A DNA stretch of 64,000 bases from assembly GCA_021778035.1 (NCBI GenBank), contig JAJYCY010000002.1, forward strand, positions 12,580 through 76,579. The letters are read 5' to 3'. Positions 50,858 to 58,686 of the stretch are shown here, piece by piece. Position 1 is the first letter of the stretch; each line of letters starts with the position of its first letter. The notes under the pieces are model-generated. The model did not search any database and was not told the DNA's origin. It saw nothing but the letters and a program-made list of their open reading frames with translations. This stretch comes from Pseudomonadota bacterium (lineage in GTDB: Bacteria > Pseudomonadota > Gammaproteobacteria > Acidiferrobacterales > UBA6901). The position numbers and the translations under genes were made by a program.

Positions 50858-51132
50858 TAACCAAGTACGACCCGATCAGCTGTGGCGGGCAGCCAGAAAC
50901 CAGCCTGTGTCCGGACCCGAAGATGGACCTCGCAGACGGAAACCAGCCCCACGCCTGCCTGCCTTTAAGGGTACCTCACTCCGCAGGCAGGACGCCATCC
51001 GTGCGTTCCCGGACCTCTCCAAGGGGTGTGGCGGCCCGCCGTCACGGCCCCTGCAGGGCCTCCCCGAAAGGTCCTTCTGGATCTGTTCCAGGCGCTTCCA
51101 GCCCCTGCCGGCAGGGACGGTCCGCCAGTTGG

Positions 51133-51146
51133 TTGACGCGGATCAA
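51133..51146 (+). promoter_or_regulatory. FNR box of a class II-type promoter for ubiT
   Basis: TTGAC-gcgg-ATCAA matches TTGAT-N4-ATCAA at 9/10. TATCAT lies 23 nt downstream (51170-51175). The predicted TSS is about 51181, 28 nt before the ubiT ATG. Confidence 0.65.
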
Positions 51147-51208
51147 TCGCGCCCCCTGCCGCACTGCGGTATCATGGATTTGAACCAGCCGGCAACCCCC
51201 GGCAGAGT

Positions 51209-51715
51209 ATGCTCATGCGCCTCCCTGTCCAACCCCTGCTGTTCGGCCTGCGTGTGGTACCCGACGCCATGCATGCCCAGGCCCTTGCAGGCGTGCTCAA
51301 CCACCTGCTGCGCGGGCAGGCGATCGAGGGACGTCTTTCCGAGCTCGAAGGCAAGCGCGTCGATATCGAGATCGTCGACGCCCCCTGCACCCTGCGGCTG
51401 CGCATCATCGGAGCACGCATCCAGGCCTGCTCACGCGCAACCTCGAGCGACGTGCGCATCCGCGGAACACTCGCGGATTACTGGAAGCTCGCCACCCGCT
51501 CCGAGGATCCGGACACGCTGTTTTTCGCCCGCCGCCTGAGCATCGAGGGGGACACGGAAACCGGTCTGCACATCAAGAACCTGCTGGATTCCCTGGAATT
51601 CGACTGGCAGGCTCACGCCGTATCGGTGCTCGGTCCGCGGGCCGGTGCTGCCGTTGGCAGCCTGCTGCACAATCTGGCAACGCGGGGTCCGCGCCCGGCA
51701 CGGTGGGCCAGATAG
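51209..51715 (+). CDS. ubiT: O2-independent ubiquinone biosynthesis accessory factor UbiT (SCP2 domain, YhbT-like)
   Basis: The stretch EDPDTLFFARRLSIEGDTETGLHIKNLLDSLE aligns with E. coli YhbT QDPDTLFFQRRLVIEGDTELGLYVKNLMDAIE. 168 aa. Confidence 0.8.
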   Translation: MLMRLPVQPLLFGLRVVPDAMHAQALAGVLNHLLRGQAIEGRLSELEGKRVDIEIVDAPCTLRLRIIGARIQACSRATSSDVRIRGTLADYWKLATRSEDPDTLFFARRLSIEGDTETGLHIKNLLDSLEFDWQAHAVSVLGPRAGAAVGSLLHNLATRGPRPARWAR

Positions 51716-51740
51716 CGGCCGGAGATCCGCACCGTTTCCA

Positions 51741-51764
51741 GCTGCTGCGCCGTCCCGCAGCAGC
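51741..51764. terminator. Hairpin between convergent ubiT and the LplA-like::DUF116 gene
   Basis: GCTGCTGCG-ccgtcc-CGCAGCAGC (9-bp stem). There is no clear U-tract on either strand. Confidence 0.35.
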
Positions 51765-51776
51765 CTCCCCGGACGG

Positions 51777-53330
51777 TCAGGATTTTCCGGTCCGGGTCGC
51801 TGGAATCAGCGCCGTGACCTTGCGCACCAGTTCGATATTCAGTCGCGACTGGGCCTGGAAGGTTCCGGAATAGGCCAGATCCTCCTGCCGCAGTTCATAG
51901 CAGTTCGACCCACCGATATCCATGAGGACGGCAGGAATGCCCGCCTCGTTGAACGCCACGTGCCGCTTGAGGTAAAAATTCTCGCAGCACATGCCCACGT
52001 AGGCGGCGGTACCCATGCCCCGCAGATCCGCGAGCGTCTGGCGCAGGTGCTCATAATTGTTGATCGATACCACCCGCATTCCACGTTCGCGCGCAAGCCG
52101 GTAGGCCTCGCCGACCTCGCACAGGCCGCACTCGGTGCAGCCGTCGCGATTGCGCCACTTGCACCACAGCGGCTTGGCGCAATAGGGAACCAGCATGACC
52201 GTGGCCTGTGCAAGGATATCGCCGAGCCCCTCGTCATGCCCGGGGCTGTGGATCATGAGCATGTTTGCCGCGGCGGTTTCAACGCCGAGCTCCGCCTGCT
52301 CGCGCCGGCGGTTGGCTGCCAGTGCGATTACATAGCCCAGATCCGCCTCGGTCGCCCCCACCATCGCCCAGCCGGTCTCCCGCAGGCACAGCGCCAGCTG
52401 CTCCTCGAGGTCTTCGACTGGCCGGCCGGCCAGCGCGCGTCCGATCCGGCGAAAAAGGTCCGGAGGAGCGAGCTGGATGCTGCCGGAGAGATACACGTCC
52501 GCAAAACGCGCGCCGTCGCCCTCCAGTGCCACGGCAGCATGGAGAACACCTCCGGGGGTGCGGTGAAATGCGCGGAACCGTTCGCCTGCCGCGGTGGCCG
52601 GCATGACGGCCGCGCAGGCGGCGGAATCCCGCTGCTCCGGCGGCGCCATCCCGGTGGCATGCCGGATATCGACGCCCAGCGCCGCGCCGAGCGCGCCGGC
52701 GATGCGTGCTCCGATCTCCTGCGCATCCGGCACCTGCTCCAGATGTTCGCGCATGCTGGTAAAGCGCCCACGCGCGGTACGCATGCCCTCGGCGGACAGC
52801 TTTTCCGTCGGCACGCGCAGCGCCCTGAGCATGGTCTCGACATCGACATCGATCAGCAGACTGCCCTGAAACAGGGTACGCTGCCCATCATCTGACACGA
52901 AGCCGCAGGCAATCTTGCGGCCATCGACTTCGATGTCATTGAACGCCTGGAATGACGCCGGCACGCCGAGATCGCGCACCGCTGCGGCGATCGCCTGGCA
53001 AAACCGCTCCAGCACCGCCGGCAACGTCTGTCCGGCAGCACGCGCTTCTGCAGAGGGCATTGCCAGAGTCCAGCACAACTGCTGCTCATCAAGATAGAGC
53101 GCACCGCCCCCCGTCAGTCTGCGTGCGATATCGATTCCGTGCTGATAGCAGTAGTCGAGGCGCGCGACATGCGCACAGTCCTCGTGCGCACCGACAATCA
53201 CGCTCGGCCGGAAGCGGTAAAAACGCAGGCTCGCACAGTCCACGCTCCCGGCCCAGGCCAGGCTGTCCAGATGGCAGTTGGCGGCACCCGGCCGGGTGCC
53301 GCTGTCCCACCAGGTCCAGCGCACGGCCAT
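51777..53330 (-). CDS. Fusion protein: lipoate/biotin protein ligase-like catalytic domain (LplA/LipB/BirA superfamily) + Cys-rich DUF116-like domain
   Basis: N-terminal half: RFYRFRPSVIVGAHED, ARRLTGGGALYLDEQQLCWTL and DIEVDGRKIACGF (a conserved Lys motif). C-terminal half: LVPYCAKPLWCKWRNRDGCTECGLCEVG...YVGMCCENFY...GGSNCYE. The ATG at 53330 overlaps the ubiV stop (TGATG). Confidence 0.7.
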   Translation of the reverse strand: MAVRWTWWDSGTRPGAANCHLDSLAWAGSVDCASLRFYRFRPSVIVGAHEDCAHVARLDYCYQHGIDIARRLTGGGALYLDEQQLCWTLAMPSAEARAAGQTLPAVLERFCQAIAAAVRDLGVPASFQAFNDIEVDGRKIACGFVSDDGQRTLFQGSLLIDVDVETMLRALRVPTEKLSAEGMRTARGRFTSMREHLEQVPDAQEIGARIAGALGAALGVDIRHATGMAPPEQRDSAACAAVMPATAAGERFRAFHRTPGGVLHAAVALEGDGARFADVYLSGSIQLAPPDLFRRIGRALAGRPVEDLEEQLALCLRETGWAMVGATEADLGYVIALAANRRREQAELGVETAAANMLMIHSPGHDEGLGDILAQATVMLVPYCAKPLWCKWRNRDGCTECGLCEVGEAYRLARERGMRVVSINNYEHLRQTLADLRGMGTAAYVGMCCENFYLKRHVAFNEAGIPAVLMDIGGSNCYELRQEDLAYSGTFQAQSRLNIELVRKVTALIPATRTGKS

Positions 53331-54229
53331 CACACGCCCGTATCGGTCAGCCAATCCATTCCCGATACTCCATGCCAGAAACCGTTACACGGATTAGCCG
53401 CCACGGACCCGGACAGCGCGCGGGCGGCATCCGCCGGATCCGCGCGTCCGTCAATCACCTGCCGGAACCAGCCGATTACCGCTTCCGTGCCCTGTGACTG
53501 CGGTGAAATGCGCAGCACATCCACTCCCAGTGCATGCAATGCCGGAAATTCCCCCAGCAGGTTCACCGTCCGGCCGGACTGGACCTGTATCCCGTTCAGC
53601 ACCAGAAACTGCTCGCCCTCGCGTGTTTCGAGTTCCATGCCGTCCGGATAATCGGCACAGCGGAACTCGCAGCTGTCCTTCGGGATGCCGTGGGCGCGGG
53701 CCGTGAAACAGCGCGCCGAGAAAGCCAGCGGCAGACGGCCAAATGCGAAAATTTCCGTCTCCATGCCATCCGGGCGTCCGGCCTGCAGCGCCGCCACTGC
53801 TTGGTGACCGAGCTCGAGCGGCGGCACCCAGCGACAGGCTCCGAGATCGGAAAAAAGACGCAGCGTCTCGCTGTTGTAGATATTGATATGCGGTCCGGCG
53901 ACAAAGCGCCCATGCCCGCCAAGCATGTTCACCGCGGCCAGATCATTGGCTTCAACCAGGTAGCGGCCATTTTCCGCGAAGTGCCGCATACGGCTGATTT
54001 CAGATGCCGCCTCGACCAGCACAAGCGTGGACAGCACCACCTCCTTGCCGGCAGCTGCCAGCCGGCCCGCAATAGCGAGCCAGTCCGCGGTGTTGAGGGC
54101 GCGGCGTTTGGCGCACACGGTCTCGCCGAGGTAGACGATATCCACCGGCTGTTCGGCGACGTGCGCGTAGAATTGCATGACCGAGTCCCGGTCCCAGAAA
54201 TACAGGATGGGTCCGAGTGAAAGTTTCAT
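53330..54229 (-). CDS. ubiV: O2-independent ubiquinone hydroxylation factor UbiV (peptidase U32 family, YhbV-like)
   Basis: MKLSLGPILYFWDRDSVMQFY...IVYLGETVCAKRR...LPLAFSARCFTARAH...FLVLNGIQ aligns along its length with E. coli YhbV. Confidence 0.85.
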   Translation of the reverse strand: MKLSLGPILYFWDRDSVMQFYAHVAEQPVDIVYLGETVCAKRRALNTADWLAIAGRLAAAGKEVVLSTLVLVEAASEISRMRHFAENGRYLVEANDLAAVNMLGGHGRFVAGPHINIYNSETLRLFSDLGACRWVPPLELGHQAVAALQAGRPDGMETEIFAFGRLPLAFSARCFTARAHGIPKDSCEFRCADYPDGMELETREGEQFLVLNGIQVQSGRTVNLLGEFPALHALGVDVLRISPQSQGTEAVIGWFRQVIDGRADPADAARALSGSVAANPCNGFWHGVSGMDWLTDTGV

Positions 54230-54288
54230 GGGCTGCCTGCGCCGGAGCGGTTACCGAGGTCAAAAGGAACAGAGGTCATGGTCGCCAG

Positions 54289-55308
54289 TTACTGCCACGC
54301 ACGGTCGATTGCGCCGAGCGTGTGCTGCCGTCCTTCTGCCAGACGTTCGAGCTCCGCGATCCATTCGGGCCTGGGCACATAGGTTGCGGGATCGCGCACG
54401 CAGGCATCGAGTGCCGCACGCAGCACCCGCGTGACCTGACCGACATAGGCGGGACTGCGCTGACGCCCCTCCACCTTGATGGCGGCGACGCCGGCCTGGA
54501 CGAGCTCCGGAAGGATGCCAAGGACGTTGAGACTGGTGGGCTCCTCGAGAGCATAGACAGGTGACTCATCCGGACCGCCGCGGACCACGAACCGGCCTTT
54601 GCAGAGCGTCGGATAGCCCGCACTTTCGTTCTGCGCATACACGTCGATCAGCACACCATTAAGACGGGACCGGCGTCCGGATCCGGATTCCTCCCAGCGT
54701 ACTGCCTTCGCGGGGGAACAGACGCCGCAGGTGTTCGGAGACTCTCCGGTCACATAGGAAGAGAGCGCGCACCGCCCCTCAACCATGACGCACAGGCTGC
54801 CGAATCCGAAGACCTCGATTTCGATCGGCACACTGTCAATCACGTAGCGGACCTGGCTGAGCGACAGCACTCGCGGCAGCACCACCCGCTGTACACCGAA
54901 CTGGCGGGCGTAGAACGCGATCGACTCCGGATTGGTGGCCGACCCCTGCACTGACAGATGCAGCCGCAGGGACGGATGGCGCTCCGTGCAGTAGCGCATC
55001 AGGCCCGGATCGGCGAGGATGATCGCATCCACCCCGAGATCCGCTGCCACATCGGCTGCGCGCGTCCACTCATTCCACTGGCCGGCACGCGCATAGGTAT
55101 TGAGCGCGAGAAAAACGCGCGCCCCCCGGTCGTGCGCATACTGGATACCCCGACGCATCTCGCTATCGTCGAAATTCAGCCCCGGGAAATTGCGCGCATT
55201 GGTGGCGTTGCGGAATCCGAGATACACAGCGTCCGCACCATGGTCGATGGCCACCTTCAGTGCCGGCAGGCTTCCGGCCGGACAGATCAGCTCTGGCCTG
55301 CCGCTCAT
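54289..55308 (-). CDS. ubiU: O2-independent ubiquinone hydroxylation factor UbiU (peptidase U32 family, YhbU-like)
   Basis: From internal ATG 55308: ELICPAGSLPALKVAIDHGADAVYLGF...FGFGSLCVMVEGRCALSSYVTGESPNTCGVCSP...GYPTLCKGRF...KVEGRQRSPAYV. This is near-colinear with E. coli YhbU, including the Fe-S Cys ligands. Confidence 0.85.
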   Translation of the reverse strand: MSGRPELICPAGSLPALKVAIDHGADAVYLGFRNATNARNFPGLNFDDSEMRRGIQYAHDRGARVFLALNTYARAGQWNEWTRAADVAADLGVDAIILADPGLMRYCTERHPSLRLHLSVQGSATNPESIAFYARQFGVQRVVLPRVLSLSQVRYVIDSVPIEIEVFGFGSLCVMVEGRCALSSYVTGESPNTCGVCSPAKAVRWEESGSGRRSRLNGVLIDVYAQNESAGYPTLCKGRFVVRGGPDESPVYALEEPTSLNVLGILPELVQAGVAAIKVEGRQRSPAYVGQVTRVLRAALDACVRDPATYVPRPEWIAELERLAEGRQHTLGAIDRAWQ

Positions 55309-56264
55309 AGGACCGCGCCTCCCGCACCCACTCCGTGGACTGCTGCCCGATGTGCCGCACAACCCTGGGTGGCGTCCCGGCGCCGCAGCTCGTTTTCTAT
55401 TCCGTTCAGCACGCTCCATTTGTGCGCACACCACAACGGCGCAAGCAGGATACTGGATGCGGCGGTTCCAGTGACGCGGTGATAGACCACGTCCGCCGGT
55501 GTCATTTCGATAAGGTCGGCGGCAAGATTCACATATTCCTCCTCGGCCATCGGCCGGTAGGCGCCGCGGCGCCATTCATTGGCAAGCTGGGTACCTTTGA
55601 CAACATGAAGCGGGTGCAGCTTCAGGCCATCCACCCCCAGATCAAGGACACGGGCGAGCGTGGTGTGCGCGTGGCTGGCATTCTCTTCCGGCAGCCCCAG
55701 GATCAGGTGCGTACAGAGCGGCAAGCCGCGACTGCGCGCCGCGCGGACCGCCCTGCAATATTCGGAAAAACCATGGCCGCGATTCACACGGCACAGGGTC
55801 GCATCGAAACTCGACTGCAACCCGAGCTCGAGCCAGACTTCGTGACCGGCATCGCGATATTCCAGAAGCAGGTCCAGCACTTCATCCGGCACGCAGTCTG
55901 GCCGTGTTCCAATCGACATGCCGATGACCCCGGGCTGGGCCAGCGCCTCGTCGTAGATTGCCCGCAGCCGGCCGGTGTCATCATAGGTGTTGGTATACGC
56001 CTGGAAATAGGCGATCACATACCGGGCTCCGGTGCGGCGCGCCACAACGGCGCGCCCGGCGGCTATCTGCCCGGCAACCGAAGGCGGATTCCGGCCGTTG
56101 GGGCTGAAGGATGCGTTGTTGCAGAATGTACATCCGCCACGGCCCTTGCTGTCATCGCGGTTGGGGCAGGTAAAGCCGGCATCGATCGCGATCTTGTGGA
56201 CCCGCTCTCCGTAGCGACGCAGCATGACCTGGCCAAAGGTCGTAATGAAGTCCGACAGCGCCAT
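55305..56264 (-). CDS. Radical SAM protein, YhcC/TIGR01212-like family
   Basis: Contains IAIDAGFTCPNRDDSKGRGGCTFCNN, the family-typical cluster motif. About 319 aa. Its stop overlaps the ubiU start (ATGA). Confidence 0.8.
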   Translation of the reverse strand: MALSDFITTFGQVMLRRYGERVHKIAIDAGFTCPNRDDSKGRGGCTFCNNASFSPNGRNPPSVAGQIAAGRAVVARRTGARYVIAYFQAYTNTYDDTGRLRAIYDEALAQPGVIGMSIGTRPDCVPDEVLDLLLEYRDAGHEVWLELGLQSSFDATLCRVNRGHGFSEYCRAVRAARSRGLPLCTHLILGLPEENASHAHTTLARVLDLGVDGLKLHPLHVVKGTQLANEWRRGAYRPMAEEEYVNLAADLIEMTPADVVYHRVTGTAASSILLAPLWCAHKWSVLNGIENELRRRDATQGCAAHRAAVHGVGAGGAVL

Positions 56265-56275
56265 CCGTCGCGGTT

Positions 56276-56908
56276 CTAGCCGACCTGGTCGAGAACGCGA
56301 CGGCGGAACTTGGCTCCGATTCCCGCCGCAACGCTGGCACAGGCATCGATGTCGACTCCCGGCAGCCCATCGATGGCCGTAAGCGTGACATCTGGTACAA
56401 AGTCGGTCGCGCGGCGCGCAAACTCGAGCAGTGACCGGTAGGCCCCGGCAAGCTTCGGCCGGCAATAGCGGTTGTACAGGATCTCGTTCTGCGCATTGAG
56501 GGAAATCGAGAGCTCGTCGACGTTGTCCTCAAGATCCGGGGTCACGTCCCGCCCGTAGACCAGATTTGCCAGACCGTCGGTATTGAAGCGCACATGCGCG
56601 CCCCGCGCGCGCAGGCGCGATGCGATCTCGAGCGACGTGTACAGGCGCAGGGTCGGCTCTCCGAGCCCGCAGAACACGATTTGCCGGTACTGCCCCGGAT
56701 CGCCCACCGAATCAAGTATCTCGTCGGCAGTCGGTTCCCGGCGCAGACGCAGCGCAGAGCCCTGGACGTTCCAGGTGCCATTGAATTTGGGACAGAAACT
56801 GCACCGCAGCGTGCAGCGGTTGGTAATGTTCAGGTAGCAGTTGCCGTGAAGCGCATAGGAAATCGCGCCCCCTGTTGCCTCGAGGCAGGACGAAAGCTGA
56901 TTGCTCAT
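56276..56908 (-). CDS. Small radical SAM protein (resembles TatD-associated rSAM family, TIGR04038-like)
   Basis: Contains YLNITNRCTLRCSFCPK (CxxxCxxC) and FCGLGEPTLR. 210 aa. It is the first gene of the operon. Confidence 0.75.
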   Translation of the reverse strand: MSNQLSSCLEATGGAISYALHGNCYLNITNRCTLRCSFCPKFNGTWNVQGSALRLRREPTADEILDSVGDPGQYRQIVFCGLGEPTLRLYTSLEIASRLRARGAHVRFNTDGLANLVYGRDVTPDLEDNVDELSISLNAQNEILYNRYCRPKLAGAYRSLLEFARRATDFVPDVTLTAIDGLPGVDIDACASVAAGIGAKFRRRVLDQVG

Positions 56909-56942
56909 GGTGAAATCTAAAGGCAAACGGCGGGTGCTGGCC

Positions 56943-56956
56943 TTGACATAAATCAA
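56943..56956 (-). promoter_or_regulatory. FNR box of a class II-type promoter for the rSAM-rSAM-ubiUV-LplA::DUF116 operon
   Basis: TTGAC-ataa-ATCAA (9/10 to consensus). On the minus strand 34 nt separate the box from the ATG. TAGATT lies at the -11..-6 equivalent, and no Shine-Dalgarno sequence is present. Confidence 0.65.
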
Positions 56957-57256
56957 CGAAAGACGTCGGCTGAAAAACCCCGATCCGCCCGGCGTTCCGG
57001 GCCAGGGGTGTAATATGCGCCTAAAGGTACCATGGCGGTTCCGGACCGCCACGCGGCAACCGCTTCCGAACCATCGGAGCGGCCACACCCGGACAATCGG
57101 GGCCGGACCAGTCCGTCAGCGGTTAGAGACCGTGTTCTGTCCTGAAGTCCACGGACACGATGCCCGTCCGTGCGTTGCTGCCCGCAGTCTCGCCTCCGGC
57201 CGGCAGACACCTGACAGCATAGGGGGCCTGCCGGGCCGGAGGGACATCCCCCTCAC

Positions 57257-57595
57257 CTAGCCGGTACTCCATGCGCGCGGCCGGCGCATGCCTGCCACCT
57301 TGCAGGCCTGCTGCATGTACCCATAGGGGAAAAGCCGGTACAGGTGGTCACGGCCGGATCCTCTGCCATATTTGTCATTGAGGAATTTGATGACAAACCG
57401 TGCATCGGCCGCAATGTGATGCTGGACGAAGTAATCCCGCATGAAATTGAGCACTTCCCAGTGCTCCGGCTCGAGGGTAATGTTTTCCCTCCTTGCCAGC
57501 TCTTCGGCAACAACGTTATTCCAGTCCTCGGGATCCACCAGAAAACCTTCGTTATCTGTGACAAGACTGCTTGGCTGTAACTGCATGGCGGTCAT
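57257..57595 (-). CDS. DsrC/TusE-family protein lacking the penultimate (CysA) cysteine
   Basis: 112 aa. Contains TDNEGFLVDPEDW, EHWEVLNFMRDYF and LYRLFPYGYMQQACKVAGMRRPRAWSTG. Only the CysB-equivalent is present. Confidence 0.85.
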   Translation of the reverse strand: MTAMQLQPSSLVTDNEGFLVDPEDWNNVVAEELARRENITLEPEHWEVLNFMRDYFVQHHIAADARFVIKFLNDKYGRGSGRDHLYRLFPYGYMQQACKVAGMRRPRAWSTG

Positions 57596-57768
57596 ATCTC
57601 CTCATTGATGGGGATGCGTCTGGCCGTTGTTCCGAGGCGGCTTGTACCGAAACCACGCCGGAAGTAACCCAAAAAAACCCTTTCCTACCGTGTATCGGCA
57701 CATGGATAAAAGATATATCTCATGTACATTTTTCATATAACATCTGGTAGTATCATAATCAATATCCC

Positions 57769-57778
57769 AGATGCATCT
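57769..57778. promoter_or_regulatory. Palindrome AGATGCATCT, candidate NsrR (Rrf2) operator element
   Basis: It lies 31 bp upstream of the nsrR ATG, in the AT-rich divergent intergenic region. It contains the GATGCAT core of reported NsrR half-sites. The full 11-1-11 site is not matched. Confidence 0.35.
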
Positions 57779-57808
57779 TTAACCTATCTCGGATGTATCG
57801 GTACGCCT

Positions 57809-58273
57809 ATGCGCCTGACCGTCTTTTCCGACTATAGCCTGCGGGTTCTGCTATATCTGGGGACCCACCGTGAAAATATATCTACGATCAATGAGATAGC
57901 GGAGACCTACGGCATCTCCCGGAATCATCTGATGAAGGTGGTTCATGCCCTGGGGCGACGCGGAATCATAGAAACGCTGCGCGGAAAGGGCGGGGGCATC
58001 CGCCTGCGGCTCGATCCCCACACAGTTAACCTGGGAACCGTGGTGCGCGCCACTGAGGCCGACACCGCGCTGGTCGAATGCTTCGACCCCGAGCACACCA
58101 GCTGTCCCATTGTGCCCGCATGCGCGCTGCGCGGAGTCCTTGCCGAGGCACGCGAGGCATTCTTCCGTACGCTTGACCGGACCACTCTGGCTGACCTGCT
58201 CGGCAACGAGCAGCACCTGCTTGCGCTGATGGTTACCCCGCCAACTTCCCGGATTTCCCGGAAATCAGCCTGA
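57809..58273 (+). CDS. nsrR: Rrf2-family transcriptional regulator, NsrR-like
   Basis: Starts MRLTVFSDYSLRVLLYLG, has the HTH ISRNHLMKVVHALGRRG and a three-Cys cluster ligand pattern (LVECFDPEHTSCPIVPACALR). Confidence 0.85.
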   Translation: MRLTVFSDYSLRVLLYLGTHRENISTINEIAETYGISRNHLMKVVHALGRRGIIETLRGKGGGIRLRLDPHTVNLGTVVRATEADTALVECFDPEHTSCPIVPACALRGVLAEAREAFFRTLDRTTLADLLGNEQHLLALMVTPPTSRISRKSA

Positions 58274-58307
58274 CACCGGCTCTCCCTGTACCGGGCTACC
58301 CGTCTGC

Positions 58308-58544
58308 TCAGCGGACGGCCGGCCCCTTCCTGCGGACAATCTGACTGGCTCTGAACACAGAGCCGAACGGAATGCTCCCGATGTGAACAAGACGGGTAAA
58401 CGGAAAAATCAGGAATACGGTCATCCCGAAAAACAGGTGTATCTTGAATAGGGTGCCAACCCCGGCAATCGCTTCAGAGTCGGGCTGGAAAGTCACGATG
58501 CTGCGCGCCCAGGATGCGAGCGCCCGCGTCACCTTCGGATCCCC
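58308..58544 (-). pseudogene. narI: 3' remnant of respiratory nitrate reductase gamma subunit narI (last ~75 codons)
   Basis: [64 protein letters not shown] aligns with the E. coli NarI C-terminus (GWAQSVVTF...[42 protein letters not shown]), including both distal heme His residues. No NarI-like sequence lies upstream. Confidence 0.75.
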
Positions 58545-58547
58545 GGC

Positions 58548-58676
58548 GCGCGCGAGCTGGCAATCAGCGAAGGCACGGTGAAAGTCCACGTCAAGCATCT
58601 GCTGAAGAAACTCGGCCTGCGTTCACGCGTTGAGGCGGCGGTCTGGGCCGCGGTACGGACACCCGGCCAGACCTGA
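58548..58676 (+). pseudogene. narL: 3' remnant of a NarL/LuxR-type response regulator (last ~42 codons of the HTH domain)
   Basis: [36 protein letters not shown]... matches the NarL C-terminus ([28 protein letters not shown]). No receiver domain or start codon lies upstream. It abuts the narI remnant. Confidence 0.7.
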
Positions 58677-58686
58677 AACCGCGGGG

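Noticed and set aside
50861-50874. TTGGCATTAACCAA palindrome, considered as an FNR site for hemN.
   Set aside because: It matches the consensus at only 7/10. It is centred about 10 nt upstream of the hemN ATG, where an activator site cannot function. It more likely overlaps the ribosome-binding region by chance.
57681-57760. A full 11-1-11 NsrR operator in the AT-rich dsrC-like/nsrR intergenic region (AAGATATATCTCATGTACATTTTTCATATAACATCT).
   Set aside because: Half-site-like pieces are present, but I could not align a convincing inverted repeat with correct spacing. Only the short AGATGCATCT palindrome is reported, at low confidence.
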